A DNA stretch of 64,000 bases from an uncultured Myxococcales bacterium (GTDB taxonomy: Bacteria; Myxococcota_A; UBA9042; DTJE01): positions 1,894 through 65,893 of the forward strand of contig CAIOFV010000159.1 in the NCBI GenBank assembly GCA_903857665.1, read 5' to 3'. A program made the translations under genes and the position numbers. Shown here one piece after another: positions 1 to 9,328 of the stretch (positions within the stretch are counted from its first letter, which is position 1; the number at the start of each line of letters is the position of its first letter). The notes under the pieces were generated by a model. The model searched no databases. It worked only from the letters and a program-made list of their open reading frames with translations, and was not told where the DNA came from.

Positions 1-1
1 A

Positions 2-181
2 ACGGGCACCTTCCAGGGCTTCACGGGCGTGGCCGGCACCGACCGCATCGACTGGATCCTGCACGATCCGGCGTGGCTGAAGGGCTTGAACGCGGGCACG
101 GTGACGACCCACGAGGGCGATCGCTGGCCCTCGGACCACTTCCCGGTCGCCGCCACGCTGCGCCTGGGCGCGGTGAAGTAG
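2..181 (+). CDS. 3' end of an endonuclease/exonuclease/phosphatase (EEP)-family protein (partial; start lies upstream of the window)
   Basis: Frame 2 reads ...THEGDRWPSDHFPVAATLRLGAVK* and ends at TAG 179-181. SDHFPV is the C-terminal catalytic-His motif of EEP enzymes. The C-terminus resembles the complete EEP gene at 28035-29060 (TSDHFQVVVGLEF). Confidence 0.5.
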   Translation, partial: TGTFQGFTGVAGTDRIDWILHDPAWLKGLNAGTVTTHEGDRWPSDHFPVAATLRLGAVK

Positions 182-360
182 CGAACGCCCCAAGGGCTTG
201 GGGCTGGCCACCCGTCTCGATGCGAGCGGGCGTGACGCGCCCGATCCCGGCAGCCCCGGCCCATTCCACCTGCGAAGCGACGCGCGCGTTGCGATCCCGA
301 TCGATCTGCGGCAGCAGTCCGGCGAGGCCCGCGCCGGGCCGGCAGAAGGGGGAATCCGCA

Positions 361-1953
361 ATGTCGAAGGGATCGGGAACGCTGGACGGATCGGCGGGCG
401 GCCTTGCCGTTCGGTGGCCTGGGCTGCTGGCTGCGGGCGTCCTGGTGCTGTGCGCCGCGGGCTGCTCCTCGTCCTCGACGGGCAGGGACGTGCCTGCGGA
501 CGCGCCGGACGTGGCGGACGCGGTGCCGGAGGCCGCCCCAGACGCCCCGGATGCCTCCGACGCCCCGGATGCCTCCGACGTCGCCGACGTCCCTGAAGCC
601 CCTGACACTCCTGACGTCCCGGACACTCCTGACGTCCCCCTGCCCTTCCACTGGGCCTCCGGTTGCGAGGGTTCCCGCACGTGGGACGCCTGGACCACCG
701 CACCGGACGCCCTTGCGGCCGACGCCCCTGCGACCACCGCACCGGACGCCCCTGCGACCGACGCCCCCGTTCCCGACGATGCCATTGCGACCGACGCACC
801 GGACGACACCCTTGCAGCCGACTCCCCCACGCCCACTGCGCCCTTCCTGCGCGGGCCTTTGGTGCAGATGGCCGACCGGGACGGGGCCACGCTGGTCTGG
901 CGGACGAACACTCCGCAGACCGACCCGGGCTGCGTCGATCTGTCCTGGGGCGGCTCCCCGTCCACCCAGCGCACCGTTTGCGGCACGGCCGACGCGAACG
1001 GCCAGTACCAGGTCCCGGTATCCGGCCTGCCCGTCGCGACGGAAATCACCTACACGGTCCGGGTCGGCGACACCCGGACGCAGCCGACGACCTTCCGAAC
1101 CCTGCCCGACCGGCCCGTCCCGATGAAGTTCGCGGTGTTCGCCGACGCCCACAGCAACGAGGAGAACCTGCGGAAGATGTCGGCTGTCGCGCTGGCGGAA
1201 GGCGTCGACTTCGCCATCGGTGTCGGCGACCTGTCCAACAGCGGCCTGGTCAGCGAGTTCGACACGACCTTCCGCGGGTTCCGGGACCTGGGCGCCCGGG
1301 TCAACATCTGGGCAGTCATCGGGAACCACGACGAAAAGAGCATCCAGGGCTACATGGACGCCTTCGTGCTGCCCGAGGGCAACACCGAGGACGACCCGTC
1401 GGCGGGCCTGGGCGAGGCGTGGTGGTCCCGGCGCATGGGCGACGTGTGGATCGGCGGCGGCTACATCCGGGACTTCTACCTTTCCGCTCCCGACAGCGAC
1501 TGGGGCGAGGTCGGCTGGTTCCTGGGCCAGTTCCAGACGGAGGAATTCAAGACCGCGAAGTGGAAGCTGTTCTTCATCCACGAACCGCCCTGGGTCGCCA
1601 GCGGGGGCGACGACTGCACGTACTACGGCGAACAGAGCCTGCGGTTCGCGCTGATGCCGATGCTGGCCGCCGCCGGCGTCCAGGCGTCGTTCCACGGCCA
1701 CATGCACGGCATCGAGTGGGGCGACGTGGACGGCGTGCGCAGTTACGTGGTCGGCGGGCTGTGCGGCTGCGGCATGGACTCCGACAAGTGCCCGGTCCCG
1801 GAGGGCCTCCCGCAGCCGTGGAACCGGAAATACGGCATCGCGAACCTCGCGATCGTGGAAACCGGTTGCGACCAGCTGACGGTCCGCTACCTGGACCTCG
1901 ACGGCAAGGACATCCCCACGGAAGTGATCCCGGTGACACCGGCCGGACCGTGA
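361..1953 (+). CDS. secreted purple-acid-phosphatase-like metallophosphoesterase (calcineurin-like), lipoprotein
   Basis: ATG at 361 lies 8 nt after GAAGGGGG. N-terminus MSKGSGTLDGSAGGLAVRWPGLLAAGVLVLCAAGCSSS is a signal peptide with lipobox LCAAGC. An acidic APDAPDASD linker follows, then a FN3-like PAP N-domain (GATLVWRT...YTVRVGD). Metallophosphoesterase motifs are present: GDLSNSG, GNHD, HGHMHG. The larger 73..1953 ORF start is a GC-driven upstream extension. Confidence 0.8.
   Translation: MSKGSGTLDGSAGGLAVRWPGLLAAGVLVLCAAGCSSSSTGRDVPADAPDVADAVPEAAPDAPDASDAPDASDVADVPEAPDTPDVPDTPDVPLPFHWASGCEGSRTWDAWTTAPDALAADAPATTAPDAPATDAPVPDDAIATDAPDDTLAADSPTPTAPFLRGPLVQMADRDGATLVWRTNTPQTDPGCVDLSWGGSPSTQRTVCGTADANGQYQVPVSGLPVATEITYTVRVGDTRTQPTTFRTLPDRPVPMKFAVFADAHSNEENLRKMSAVALAEGVDFAIGVGDLSNSGLVSEFDTTFRGFRDLGARVNIWAVIGNHDEKSIQGYMDAFVLPEGNTEDDPSAGLGEAWWSRRMGDVWIGGGYIRDFYLSAPDSDWGEVGWFLGQFQTEEFKTAKWKLFFIHEPPWVASGGDDCTYYGEQSLRFALMPMLAAAGVQASFHGHMHGIEWGDVDGVRSYVVGGLCGCGMDSDKCPVPEGLPQPWNRKYGIANLAIVETGCDQLTVRYLDLDGKDIPTEVIPVTPAGP
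535..790 (+). repeat. in-frame tandem DNA repeats encoding the acidic (A/V)PD(A/T)(P/S)D linker of the phosphatase
   Basis: Perfect 18-bp tandem duplication gacgccccggatgcctcc at 541-558 and 559-576. gacactcctgacgtcc repeats twice around 603-640. accgcaccggacgcccctgcgacc-like units repeat around 690-770. Confidence 0.5.
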
Positions 1954-2054
1954 CGAACGCACGCCACCGCGGAGGCATCGTGGCCGACCGGCAGCAGGGT
2001 TCCCGGGACAATCGGGGCTTCGGGCCGTGGTTCGCGCGGCCGGGCTGACGCGTC

Positions 2055-3483
2055 CTACGGGCACGCGCCAGGGAAGCAGATCTTCTGGGCCTGCCCGAAC
2101 ATCGTGCAGCACTTGTCGCCTTCGGGGCAGTCGCCGTCCAGCGAGCAGGGCTTGCCCATGCACTGGCCGGATGGCATGCAGGACTTCGACGACCCCATGT
2201 CGCAGCAGGTGTTGCCGCCCGAACAGTCCCCGTCGAGGGTGCAGGCCTTGCCGACCTCGCACTGGGCGGCGTCCTGGCAGGACGCGGCGCTGCCGGCCTT
2301 GATGCAGCAGATTCCCGCGCTGCAGTCGGCGTCGGTGAGGCACTGGCTGGGGCACTGGGCGGACGGGGCGCAGACGGTGCCGGTGCCGGGGACGATGCAG
2401 CACACGTCGCCGGCGGTGGTGCAGTCGGCGTGCTTCTGGCAGGGCGGCAGCTGGGGTCCCTGGACCGGGCAGGCGCCCGTCGGGACGCAGGTCAGCCCCG
2501 CCTGCAGCGCGCAGCATTCCCGCCCGGTCGGGCAGTCGGCGCTGGTGGCGCAGGTCTGCCAGGTGTCGCAGCCGCCGCTGCCCACGCACCGGAAGCCCAG
2601 CTCCGGCACCTCGCAGCACGTGTCGCCGTTCGCCTCGCCCTGGCTGTTCTTGCAGACGTCGGTCGGGGCCGTGCACGTCACGGAACCGGGGCACTGGGAC
2701 GAGGCCACGCAGACCAGCAGCCCGTCGCCGGAGTCGCAGCAGGCCTGGCCCAGCGGGCATTCCGTGGTCGAGTGGAAGCACTTCTGCGGGCACTGGCCGA
2801 TGTCCACGCAGACGACGCTCTTGTTCAGGTCGCAGCACTCCTGGGTGCTGGGGCAGTCGTCGCTGGTCAGGCAGTTCTTCGGGCACATCGCGTCGGCCAT
2901 GCAGGTCGGGGCCTTGGCCATGTCGCCGAACTTGCAACACACCTGGCCCGCGGTCTTGCAGTCCACATCCTCGGCGCAGCCGCCCTGGGCCCCGGGGCAG
3001 ATCGTGTCGGGCATGCACATCTTCGCGGCGCCATAGAAGTCGCAGCAGACGTTGCCGTTGCCCCCGCACTCCTCGTCCGTGGTGCAGTTCGTGAAGCCGC
3101 CGCCCGGGCACTGATCGCTGGTCGCGTAACAGGTGCCGCCGCCGAAGGCCGACGTGCAGCAGTGCATGTCCGTGCCGCAGTCGGTGTCCACGGCGCAGGA
3201 CGCCGGCGTCGTCGTTTCGGAGGACGGCGTGTCCCCGGGGGTCTCGTCGGTCGCCACCGGGAGGTCGGTCGCAGGGACGTCCTCGCCGCCGGACAGGTCG
3301 GGCCGCACCGCGTCGGGCGCGTCCTCGGACGTCGCCGTGTCGGGCCCGATGCCGTCGGGAGCCTCGTCGGACGGCGCGATCGCATCGGTCCCCGGATCGG
3401 TGCCCGCGGTTCCGCCGGACCCGCCGGAGCACGCCCACAGCAGCACGAACCCCAGCACCATTCCCCGCTTCAGGTGATTCATG
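2055..3483 (-). CDS. secreted cysteine-rich tandem-repeat lipoprotein
   Basis: Start ATG (MNHLKRG) at 3483 lies 5 nt after GGGAGG. Lipobox LLWACSGG. About 11 copies of a ~38-aa module C-x3-D/E-C-x3-6-CC-x6-10-C-x5-7-C. GC3 bias supports the frame. The ORF-track start at 3521 is an upstream extension. Confidence 0.7.
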
Positions 3484-3611
3484 ACGCCTCCCGGAATGCG
3501 ACGGCGGCCGGATCTGAACACGCCGGGCCACGGGGGTCAAGACGGGCCCGGAAGGCCTTACGGGCCGCCGCCCCTCGTCATCGGGAGGTCAATCGGGAAC
3601 ATCGCAGTCGA

Positions 3612-5846
3612 TCAGGGCACTCCCTGGTAGTGGAACAGCGAACCGCCATGACCCGCGAAGAAGACGTCGTTCGCGCCGAAGCCGATCATCGCGGCGCCGG
3701 TGCCCGTGGCCGCCGCGTCGGGAGTTGCGACCGCCTTGACCGATACCCCGTCCCAGTGCATCAGCAGCACGTGGCCATCGGAGGTCGCGCCGGAGAACCA
3801 GACGTCGTCGGCCGCGGCGCCCCAGATCGCGTTGACGGTCCCGTGGACGCCGGCCGGGAAGGGAACCGCTTCCCATTCCAGCGCGGGCAGGTGCAGCAGC
3901 ACGTCGTCGCCGCCGGCCCACAGGTTGGTCGGGGTCACGCCGAACACCGCGCGCAGCGCCCCCTTCGCGTTGGCGGTATCGAGCACCGACACGTCCTGGA
4001 AGTTGCCGTTGTCCATGTTGCCGACCAGGATCGTGAAGTAGTTCTTGCCGCCCTTTTCGTGGCTGTCGCCGACGGCCCACACCAGCCCGCCGGGGTTGCC
4101 CCACACCGCGTTCAGGTTCTGGTACTTCGTGAATCCGGCCGCCAACGGGTTCGCGACGTAGCTCCAGGCGACGGGGCTGCCCTGCCCGCGCCAGATGACG
4201 CCGTGCTGGCCGACCATCCAGACGTTGTGGTCGCTGTCGGCATGGACGCCGTACATCAGGGGCGACGAGATCCCCGTGACCGGGTCCGCGGGCAGGAAGG
4301 CGTGCGTCCAGGCGCTGCCGTCGAAGTGCACGGGCCCGCCGCTGGCCGCCAGCCAGACGTCGTTGGGACCCGTTCCGGACATCGCGCCAAAGCCGACCTT
4401 GTCCATCTGGGTCACCGGCGCCAGCGAGTTGCCGTTCCAGCGCAGGATGACGGAGTGGGCGCCGGTCGAGTCGGTTCCGCCGACCAGCACGTCGTCCGAC
4501 GCCAGGCCCCAGATCCCCGTGAAATCCAGCACCGCGTTCGCCACGTTGCGGGTCGTCCATGCACCCCCGTCGTAGTGGTCGATCGTGCCGCCGTCGCCGA
4601 ACGCCCACAGGTCGTCGCCCGCGGCCCCCCAGGCCGCGAGGAACTTCTTCTGGTACTGGGACGACACCACCGGGGCGGTGACCGGGGTCCAGGTGCCGCC
4701 CACGTCATGCGCCAGCGCAGGCATGGCTCCGAAGGCCCAGACGTCGTCCGGCTGCGAGCCCCAGACGCCCCACGCTTCGGAGAAGCTGTTCGAGGAAGAC
4801 CACGCCGGCGACCACTGCAGCCCGTCGAAATGCAGCACGAGCGCGTAGGGTATCGACCCGTCCAGCCAGGTGCCCGCCGACCACACGTCCGACGGCCCGG
4901 TGCCCCAGGCGCTGCGAAGGTCCACGCCCCCGGCCGACGCGGTCGGCGAAGGAAGGGTGCCCGCGTAGTCGCCCCCGGTCCACTGGGTGCCGTCGAAGCG
5001 CATCAGGGACGCCCCGCCGACGGCCCAGACGTCGGCCGGTCCCGACCCCCAGATCGCCGAAACCGCGTGGTCGAACGGGACCAGGGACCAGGCGCATCCG
5101 TCGTAGTGGAGGAGGAACCCCTGGCCGCCCGCCCAGATGTCGTCGGAGCCGCTGCCCCAGAGGGCGTCGATGTCGCGGATCCCGCTTTCCAGGCCGGGAT
5201 CGGGAGTGGCAACGGTCGTCCACGCGTGGCCGTCGAAGTGGGTCAGTCGGCCGGAAGGGTCGGTTCCGGCGAACCACAGATTGCTGGACGACGAACCCCA
5301 CAGGGCGCGGAAGGCGGGCGGACCCTGGACCGTCGAACCATCCTGGGCCACGTAGGATCCCAGGCCGCCGAACACCTCGTGCCAGGCCGCGCCGTCCCAG
5401 TGGAGGATCGCGTTGTCGCGGACGGCCCAGACGTCGTTGGAAGCGAATCCCTGCGCCGCCACGAACGCGGTCTGCGGCGCCAGCCTGCACCACCCCACGT
5501 CGTTGCAGTCGCCGGGCGCAGCGAGGTCCACGTAGGGCTCGGGCACCTGGCAGGCGGCGTCTGGGGCGACCTCGACCGCGTCGGTGGGGACGACGTCCAC
5601 GGATGCGTCGGGCGCGTCGTTGGTCGTCGCGTCGGTGGGCGTGACGTCGGTGGGCGTGACGTCCGTCGTGACATCAACGCGGGTATCGCCTTCCGCGACG
5701 TCTGGGCTCGTCGCGTCCGGCGCGTCACCGACCGCGTCGACCGCGAGGTCCGTCGGCGTCGTTGCCCCGGCGCTGCTCCCGCAGGCTTCCAGGAACGGGA
5801 CGACCATCAACGCGATCGCCAGGACTGGGAGGTGGCAACGATGCAT
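3612..5846 (-). CDS. beta-propeller lipoprotein with ~13 degenerate BNR/Ycf48-like repeats
   Basis: ATG at 5846 lies 8 nt after AAGGAG. MHRCHLPVLAIALMVVPFLEACGSS gives a lipobox. An acidic TPTDVTPTD linker follows. Repeating ~45-aa units carry hhH(W/Y/F)DGxxWxxV (ILHWDGAAWHEV, LTHFDGHAWTTV, LLHYDGCAWSLV ...) and WGSGxxDVWAVG. Confidence 0.7.
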   Translation of the reverse strand: MHRCHLPVLAIALMVVPFLEACGSSAGATTPTDLAVDAVGDAPDATSPDVAEGDTRVDVTTDVTPTDVTPTDATTNDAPDASVDVVPTDAVEVAPDAACQVPEPYVDLAAPGDCNDVGWCRLAPQTAFVAAQGFASNDVWAVRDNAILHWDGAAWHEVFGGLGSYVAQDGSTVQGPPAFRALWGSSSSNLWFAGTDPSGRLTHFDGHAWTTVATPDPGLESGIRDIDALWGSGSDDIWAGGQGFLLHYDGCAWSLVPFDHAVSAIWGSGPADVWAVGGASLMRFDGTQWTGGDYAGTLPSPTASAGGVDLRSAWGTGPSDVWSAGTWLDGSIPYALVLHFDGLQWSPAWSSSNSFSEAWGVWGSQPDDVWAFGAMPALAHDVGGTWTPVTAPVVSSQYQKKFLAAWGAAGDDLWAFGDGGTIDHYDGGAWTTRNVANAVLDFTGIWGLASDDVLVGGTDSTGAHSVILRWNGNSLAPVTQMDKVGFGAMSGTGPNDVWLAASGGPVHFDGSAWTHAFLPADPVTGISSPLMYGVHADSDHNVWMVGQHGVIWRGQGSPVAWSYVANPLAAGFTKYQNLNAVWGNPGGLVWAVGDSHEKGGKNYFTILVGNMDNGNFQDVSVLDTANAKGALRAVFGVTPTNLWAGGDDVLLHLPALEWEAVPFPAGVHGTVNAIWGAAADDVWFSGATSDGHVLLMHWDGVSVKAVATPDAAATGTGAAMIGFGANDVFFAGHGGSLFHYQGVP

Positions 5847-5895
5847 GGGGACACTCCTTGTTCGCGCGGAAGGCCGACGGGCGCACCCGCGCCGA

Positions 5896-8559
5896 TCAGC
5901 AGGGCGGCCAGTTGAGGGTCACGTAGGTGAGCTTGCACGTGGTCCCGTTGGGGTCGGTCGCGCAGAGCTGGACCTCCAGCTCGTCGCTGCTGCAGCTGCG
6001 CGTGAAGAACGTCAGCGGCGTCCAGGCCAGGTCGCGCACCGACCCGATCGTCTTGAACGTCCCGGTATCCCAGTAGCGGGCCTTCCAGACGTACGACACG
6101 CAGTCCGGGGTGCCGGCTGGGCAGTCCGCGAAGCCGCCGGGGCTGGTCACGGCGGCCTTCATCTTCAGGGACACCGTCGGGTCCGGGACGGCGAAGGGGT
6201 CCGCCGAGGTGCCCACCGGGGACGTGATCGAAACCGTTGGAGGCGCCTTGGGCGGAGCGTCCGCGACGGTGAAGCCGACGCTCGCCTCTGCGGTCGAACC
6301 GAAGTCGTCCGTTACGGTCAGGATCAGGCGATGCGTGCCGTTGGTCGTGAACTGGGTCTGGACCTCGCAGCCCGTCTGGCCGTTGATCGCGTCCCCGGGA
6401 TCGCTGCTCTTCCAGGCGAGCTTGCTGCACGGGACGCCCAGCGGCTGGTTCGGGTCGGTCCCGGTGCCCTGGACCACGTACGTGGTGTTCCGGTAGACGG
6501 TCTCGCCGTCCTGGGGCGCCACGATCGTCGCGACGGGCGGATCGTCGTCGACGGTGACCGACACGGCGGCCGTGGCCTTCTTGCCCATGCTGTCCGTCAC
6601 GGTCACGGTGATCGTCTGCGCGCCCAGCACGGTCAACGGCTGGTCCACGGCCTTGGAGGTCGAAAAGACGGTGACCGGGTCCGAGGAGTCGGTCCACTTC
6701 ACCGCGCAGCACCCGGGACCGTCCTCGGCGTCGGACATCTTCGCTTCGAAGTGGATGGTGCTGGCCAGGGCCCCGGCCTGGACGTGCGTCCCGTTCGCCG
6801 GGGACAGGATCTGGACCGTCGGGGCGGTGTTGGATGCGACCTGCTTCGGCAGGATCGCCACCGCGCCGTTCATCACTTCCTTCAGGTCGGTGAAGCCCAT
6901 GTAAGCGTAGCCGGCGTCACCCCAGCACTGGCCCCACGAGTTCTTGATGACCAGCCGCCGCCCGAACTCGGGACGATCCTGGACGAAATGGACCACGGCA
7001 CCGCTGGCCTGGACGGCATGGCTGCCCAGGTCGTGCTTTTCGGAAGCGACATCCGACGGATTCCACTGGCCGACCCATCCGCCCCCACCCAGATTGTCGG
7101 TGGAATTGAAGATGTTCCCGAAGCTGGCCACGATGTCGAAACCCATCGCGACGCTGTACCCCTGCGAAATGAACATCAGGGCGTAGTTCGCCGAGGCGTT
7201 GTCGGTGATGTCGAACAGAACGGCCATGCGGTCGACCGCGTACAGGCCCTTCGCCGAAGGGACGGGCGTCCAGTAGTACGCGGAGTGGTCGGACGCGTGG
7301 TACAGCACCTTCGCCTGGTGCGCGGTGTCGCCGCACGCCGGCCCCTGGTAGACGTCGCCGCCGTACCCGCAGGAGCGCTGGAACCAGGGCGGATCGCCGG
7401 CCGCGTATCCTGCGCAGGGCTTCTTGTCCGTGCACTCGATCCGCTCGTAGGCCTGGTTGTAGGCCCAGACGCCCTCCAGCGGCACCGCGAAGCCCGCGAG
7501 GATCATGTCGGCAACGATACTGGTCAGGGGGAGGCCGTCGTTGGCGTCGTCGGGGGACCAGAACAGCTTGGCCGTCGCGTACAGGCTCTGCTCCGACAGG
7601 TTCACCGCCTGCCCGTACCGCCTCAAGATGCTGTTTTCCATCGCGGCGACGATCCCGAAGGACACGCACGAGCCTCGAGCCCCCTGGGACTTGACGTCGG
7701 TGTCGTAGGACTTGCCCGGCCAGGTCGCCGCCATGTACAGCCCCTCGGGCTCGTGGGTGCAGCCGCTGCCGTAGTGGTCGCCCGCGTAGCCGCTGGAGGG
7801 TTCCGGTACGGCGCCTTCGAACTGCGAAGGATCGGTGATGACCGGGGCCCCGTCGCCGCTGTCGCCCAGGTCCTGCGACACGCCCTCCCAGCAGGTGGCG
7901 ACCTGCTTGTTCAAGGCCTCCAACGCAGCCAGGTCCATCGAACCGACCGTCGACGGGTCCGGGAGCCCGACCGCGCAGTCGTCGGGGATCAGCGGGAACA
8001 CCGTCGTGTAGATCGCGACCTGGTTGTCGATGGTGTGGAAGCGCCGGTAGGAGTCGACGATGTCGTGGATACGGGTCTGGCCGCCCTGGGTGACGACGGC
8101 CTGCTTCCCACCCTTCCCGTCGGCGACCAGGATCTGGTAGTTGCCGTCGGCCAGCACCGTCACGTCGGGGGAGGGAGGCGCCTCCAGGCGGGCCTGGAGC
8201 TCCGGCCGCTTCGCGTAGATTTCCTTCAGCGTCGCGGCATCCTCGACGGCCTGCTGCGCGCGGGCGGCATCGGCCAGGGCCTGGCGATCGGGGCCGAACG
8301 CCAGGAGGGTCCCGCTGGCCCGGAAGGCCTCCAGCTCCGAATCGGACACCTCGATGGCGCCCACGGGGGCCTGGGCCCAGGGCCCCTGGACCACGGCATC
8401 CGGCGGGGCGTCGGCCGCAGGGACATCCGGCGTGACATCCGCCAGGGGCACGTCCGGCGTTGCATCCGGAACCGCGTCCGGGGAACCGGCGGAGCCTGAC
8501 GCACAGCCGGCACATGCCAGGACGACCCAGAGCGCCGCGAAGGACCGGGTAGACCGCAT
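5896..8559 (-). CDS. secreted papain-like (C1 family) cysteine peptidase lipoprotein with C-terminal Ig/PKD-like domains
   Basis: ATG (MRSTRSFAALWVVLACAGCASGS) at 8559 lies 6 nt after AGGAG; lipobox LACAGC. Catalytic-Cys motif QGARGSCVSFG. His region SHAVQASGA. Signature KNSWGQCWGDAGYAYMGF (papain NSWGxxWGxxGY). Two or three ~90-aa beta-sandwich repeats in the C-terminal third. The 5896..8613 track ORF carries an 18-codon extension. Confidence 0.8.
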   Translation of the reverse strand: MRSTRSFAALWVVLACAGCASGSAGSPDAVPDATPDVPLADVTPDVPAADAPPDAVVQGPWAQAPVGAIEVSDSELEAFRASGTLLAFGPDRQALADAARAQQAVEDAATLKEIYAKRPELQARLEAPPSPDVTVLADGNYQILVADGKGGKQAVVTQGGQTRIHDIVDSYRRFHTIDNQVAIYTTVFPLIPDDCAVGLPDPSTVGSMDLAALEALNKQVATCWEGVSQDLGDSGDGAPVITDPSQFEGAVPEPSSGYAGDHYGSGCTHEPEGLYMAATWPGKSYDTDVKSQGARGSCVSFGIVAAMENSILRRYGQAVNLSEQSLYATAKLFWSPDDANDGLPLTSIVADMILAGFAVPLEGVWAYNQAYERIECTDKKPCAGYAAGDPPWFQRSCGYGGDVYQGPACGDTAHQAKVLYHASDHSAYYWTPVPSAKGLYAVDRMAVLFDITDNASANYALMFISQGYSVAMGFDIVASFGNIFNSTDNLGGGGWVGQWNPSDVASEKHDLGSHAVQASGAVVHFVQDRPEFGRRLVIKNSWGQCWGDAGYAYMGFTDLKEVMNGAVAILPKQVASNTAPTVQILSPANGTHVQAGALASTIHFEAKMSDAEDGPGCCAVKWTDSSDPVTVFSTSKAVDQPLTVLGAQTITVTVTDSMGKKATAAVSVTVDDDPPVATIVAPQDGETVYRNTTYVVQGTGTDPNQPLGVPCSKLAWKSSDPGDAINGQTGCEVQTQFTTNGTHRLILTVTDDFGSTAEASVGFTVADAPPKAPPTVSITSPVGTSADPFAVPDPTVSLKMKAAVTSPGGFADCPAGTPDCVSYVWKARYWDTGTFKTIGSVRDLAWTPLTFFTRSCSSDELEVQLCATDPNGTTCKLTYVTLNWPPC

Positions 8560-8825
8560 TGGAGGCTCCTGTGGACAAGATTTGTGGGCGGCTTCAGGGT
8601 ACGGCAGGGGCACCCGAAGTCAAATCCCGGGTGCCTGGCGGCGGGGGGTATGCGAGCGCTGCGGCGCAGTCTGGTCGGGCACTATGTGGCTGTTTGCGTG
8701 GACGCCCGGCACCTGCGATACACGCGGGGGTACCGGACGCGGATCCGCATGCGCGACCGCACAGGTCCGATAACAGGCTGTAGAATCGAGTTGCGGCCTG
8801 CGGACCCCTGCGGAGACCTGTCGTC

Positions 8826-9293
8826 ATGCCGGCCCCGGACCCGAACTCGGGCCTCTACGTGCTGCTCCTCGAGGTGGTCGCGCCGACCTCCGTTCGGGTC
8901 GGCGCGCTGGGGACGCTGGACTTCCCGGCCGGCACCTGCCTGTACGTGGGCAGCGCCCGGAGGAACCTGCGGCAGCGGGTGGAACGCCACCTGGCGGCCA
9001 CCAAGAAGGTTCGATGGCACGTGGACTACCTGACGACGCATCCGGGCGTCCGGGTCGTCGGGGCCGTGCTGGTGACCGGGTCGAAGGCGACCGAGTGCGG
9101 GCTGAACCGGAAGGTGGGAAGGGGCGTGGCGGGCGCCGTGCCCCTGCCGCGGTTCGGGGCATCCGACTGCCGGGCGAAGTGCCCGGCGCACCTGTGGTGG
9201 CGGGAGGAGGCGGTGTCGCTGGAGGAGGTCGCGGCGATGGTGGGCGGCACGACCCTTGGGCCGCCCATTGGCCCGGACCGGCCCCCGTGGTAG
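8826..9293 (+). CDS. GIY-YIG nuclease-family protein (DUF123-type), standalone
   Basis: 155 aa. N-terminal SGLYVLLLEV...LYVGSARRNLRQRVERHL matches the GIY-YIG/DUF123 pattern (G-hYhh ... YVGSA ... R..RH). Confidence 0.65.
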   Translation: MPAPDPNSGLYVLLLEVVAPTSVRVGALGTLDFPAGTCLYVGSARRNLRQRVERHLAATKKVRWHVDYLTTHPGVRVVGAVLVTGSKATECGLNRKVGRGVAGAVPLPRFGASDCRAKCPAHLWWREEAVSLEEVAAMVGGTTLGPPIGPDRPPW

Positions 9294-9328
9294 GTTTCCC
9301 CGGGATCGATGGCCCGGGGAGGGGAACC

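Noticed and set aside
2430-5915. 1161-aa + strand ORF. Similar long ORFs run antisense or out of frame to called genes: 5584..8499 +, 22442..26509 +, 13150..15081 -, 15316..17340 -, 17145..19058 -, 30010..32667 -, 30186..34649 +, 34033..36267 +, 39244..41736 -, 42549..44522 +, 45843..47792 -, 59704..61821 -, 59706..61874 +.
   Set aside because: Their translations are Arg/Pro/Gly/Ala-rich low-complexity strings without motifs. They lack GC3 bias in their own frame. They overlap genes with clear domain signatures. This is the expected artefact of ~70% GC DNA.
8560-8825. Small ORFs (8559..8783 +, 8594..8827 -) in the 266-bp region between the peptidase and the GIY-YIG gene.
   Set aside because: There are no motifs, and the translations are Arg/Gly/Pro-rich. 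This is more likely a divergent promoter region.
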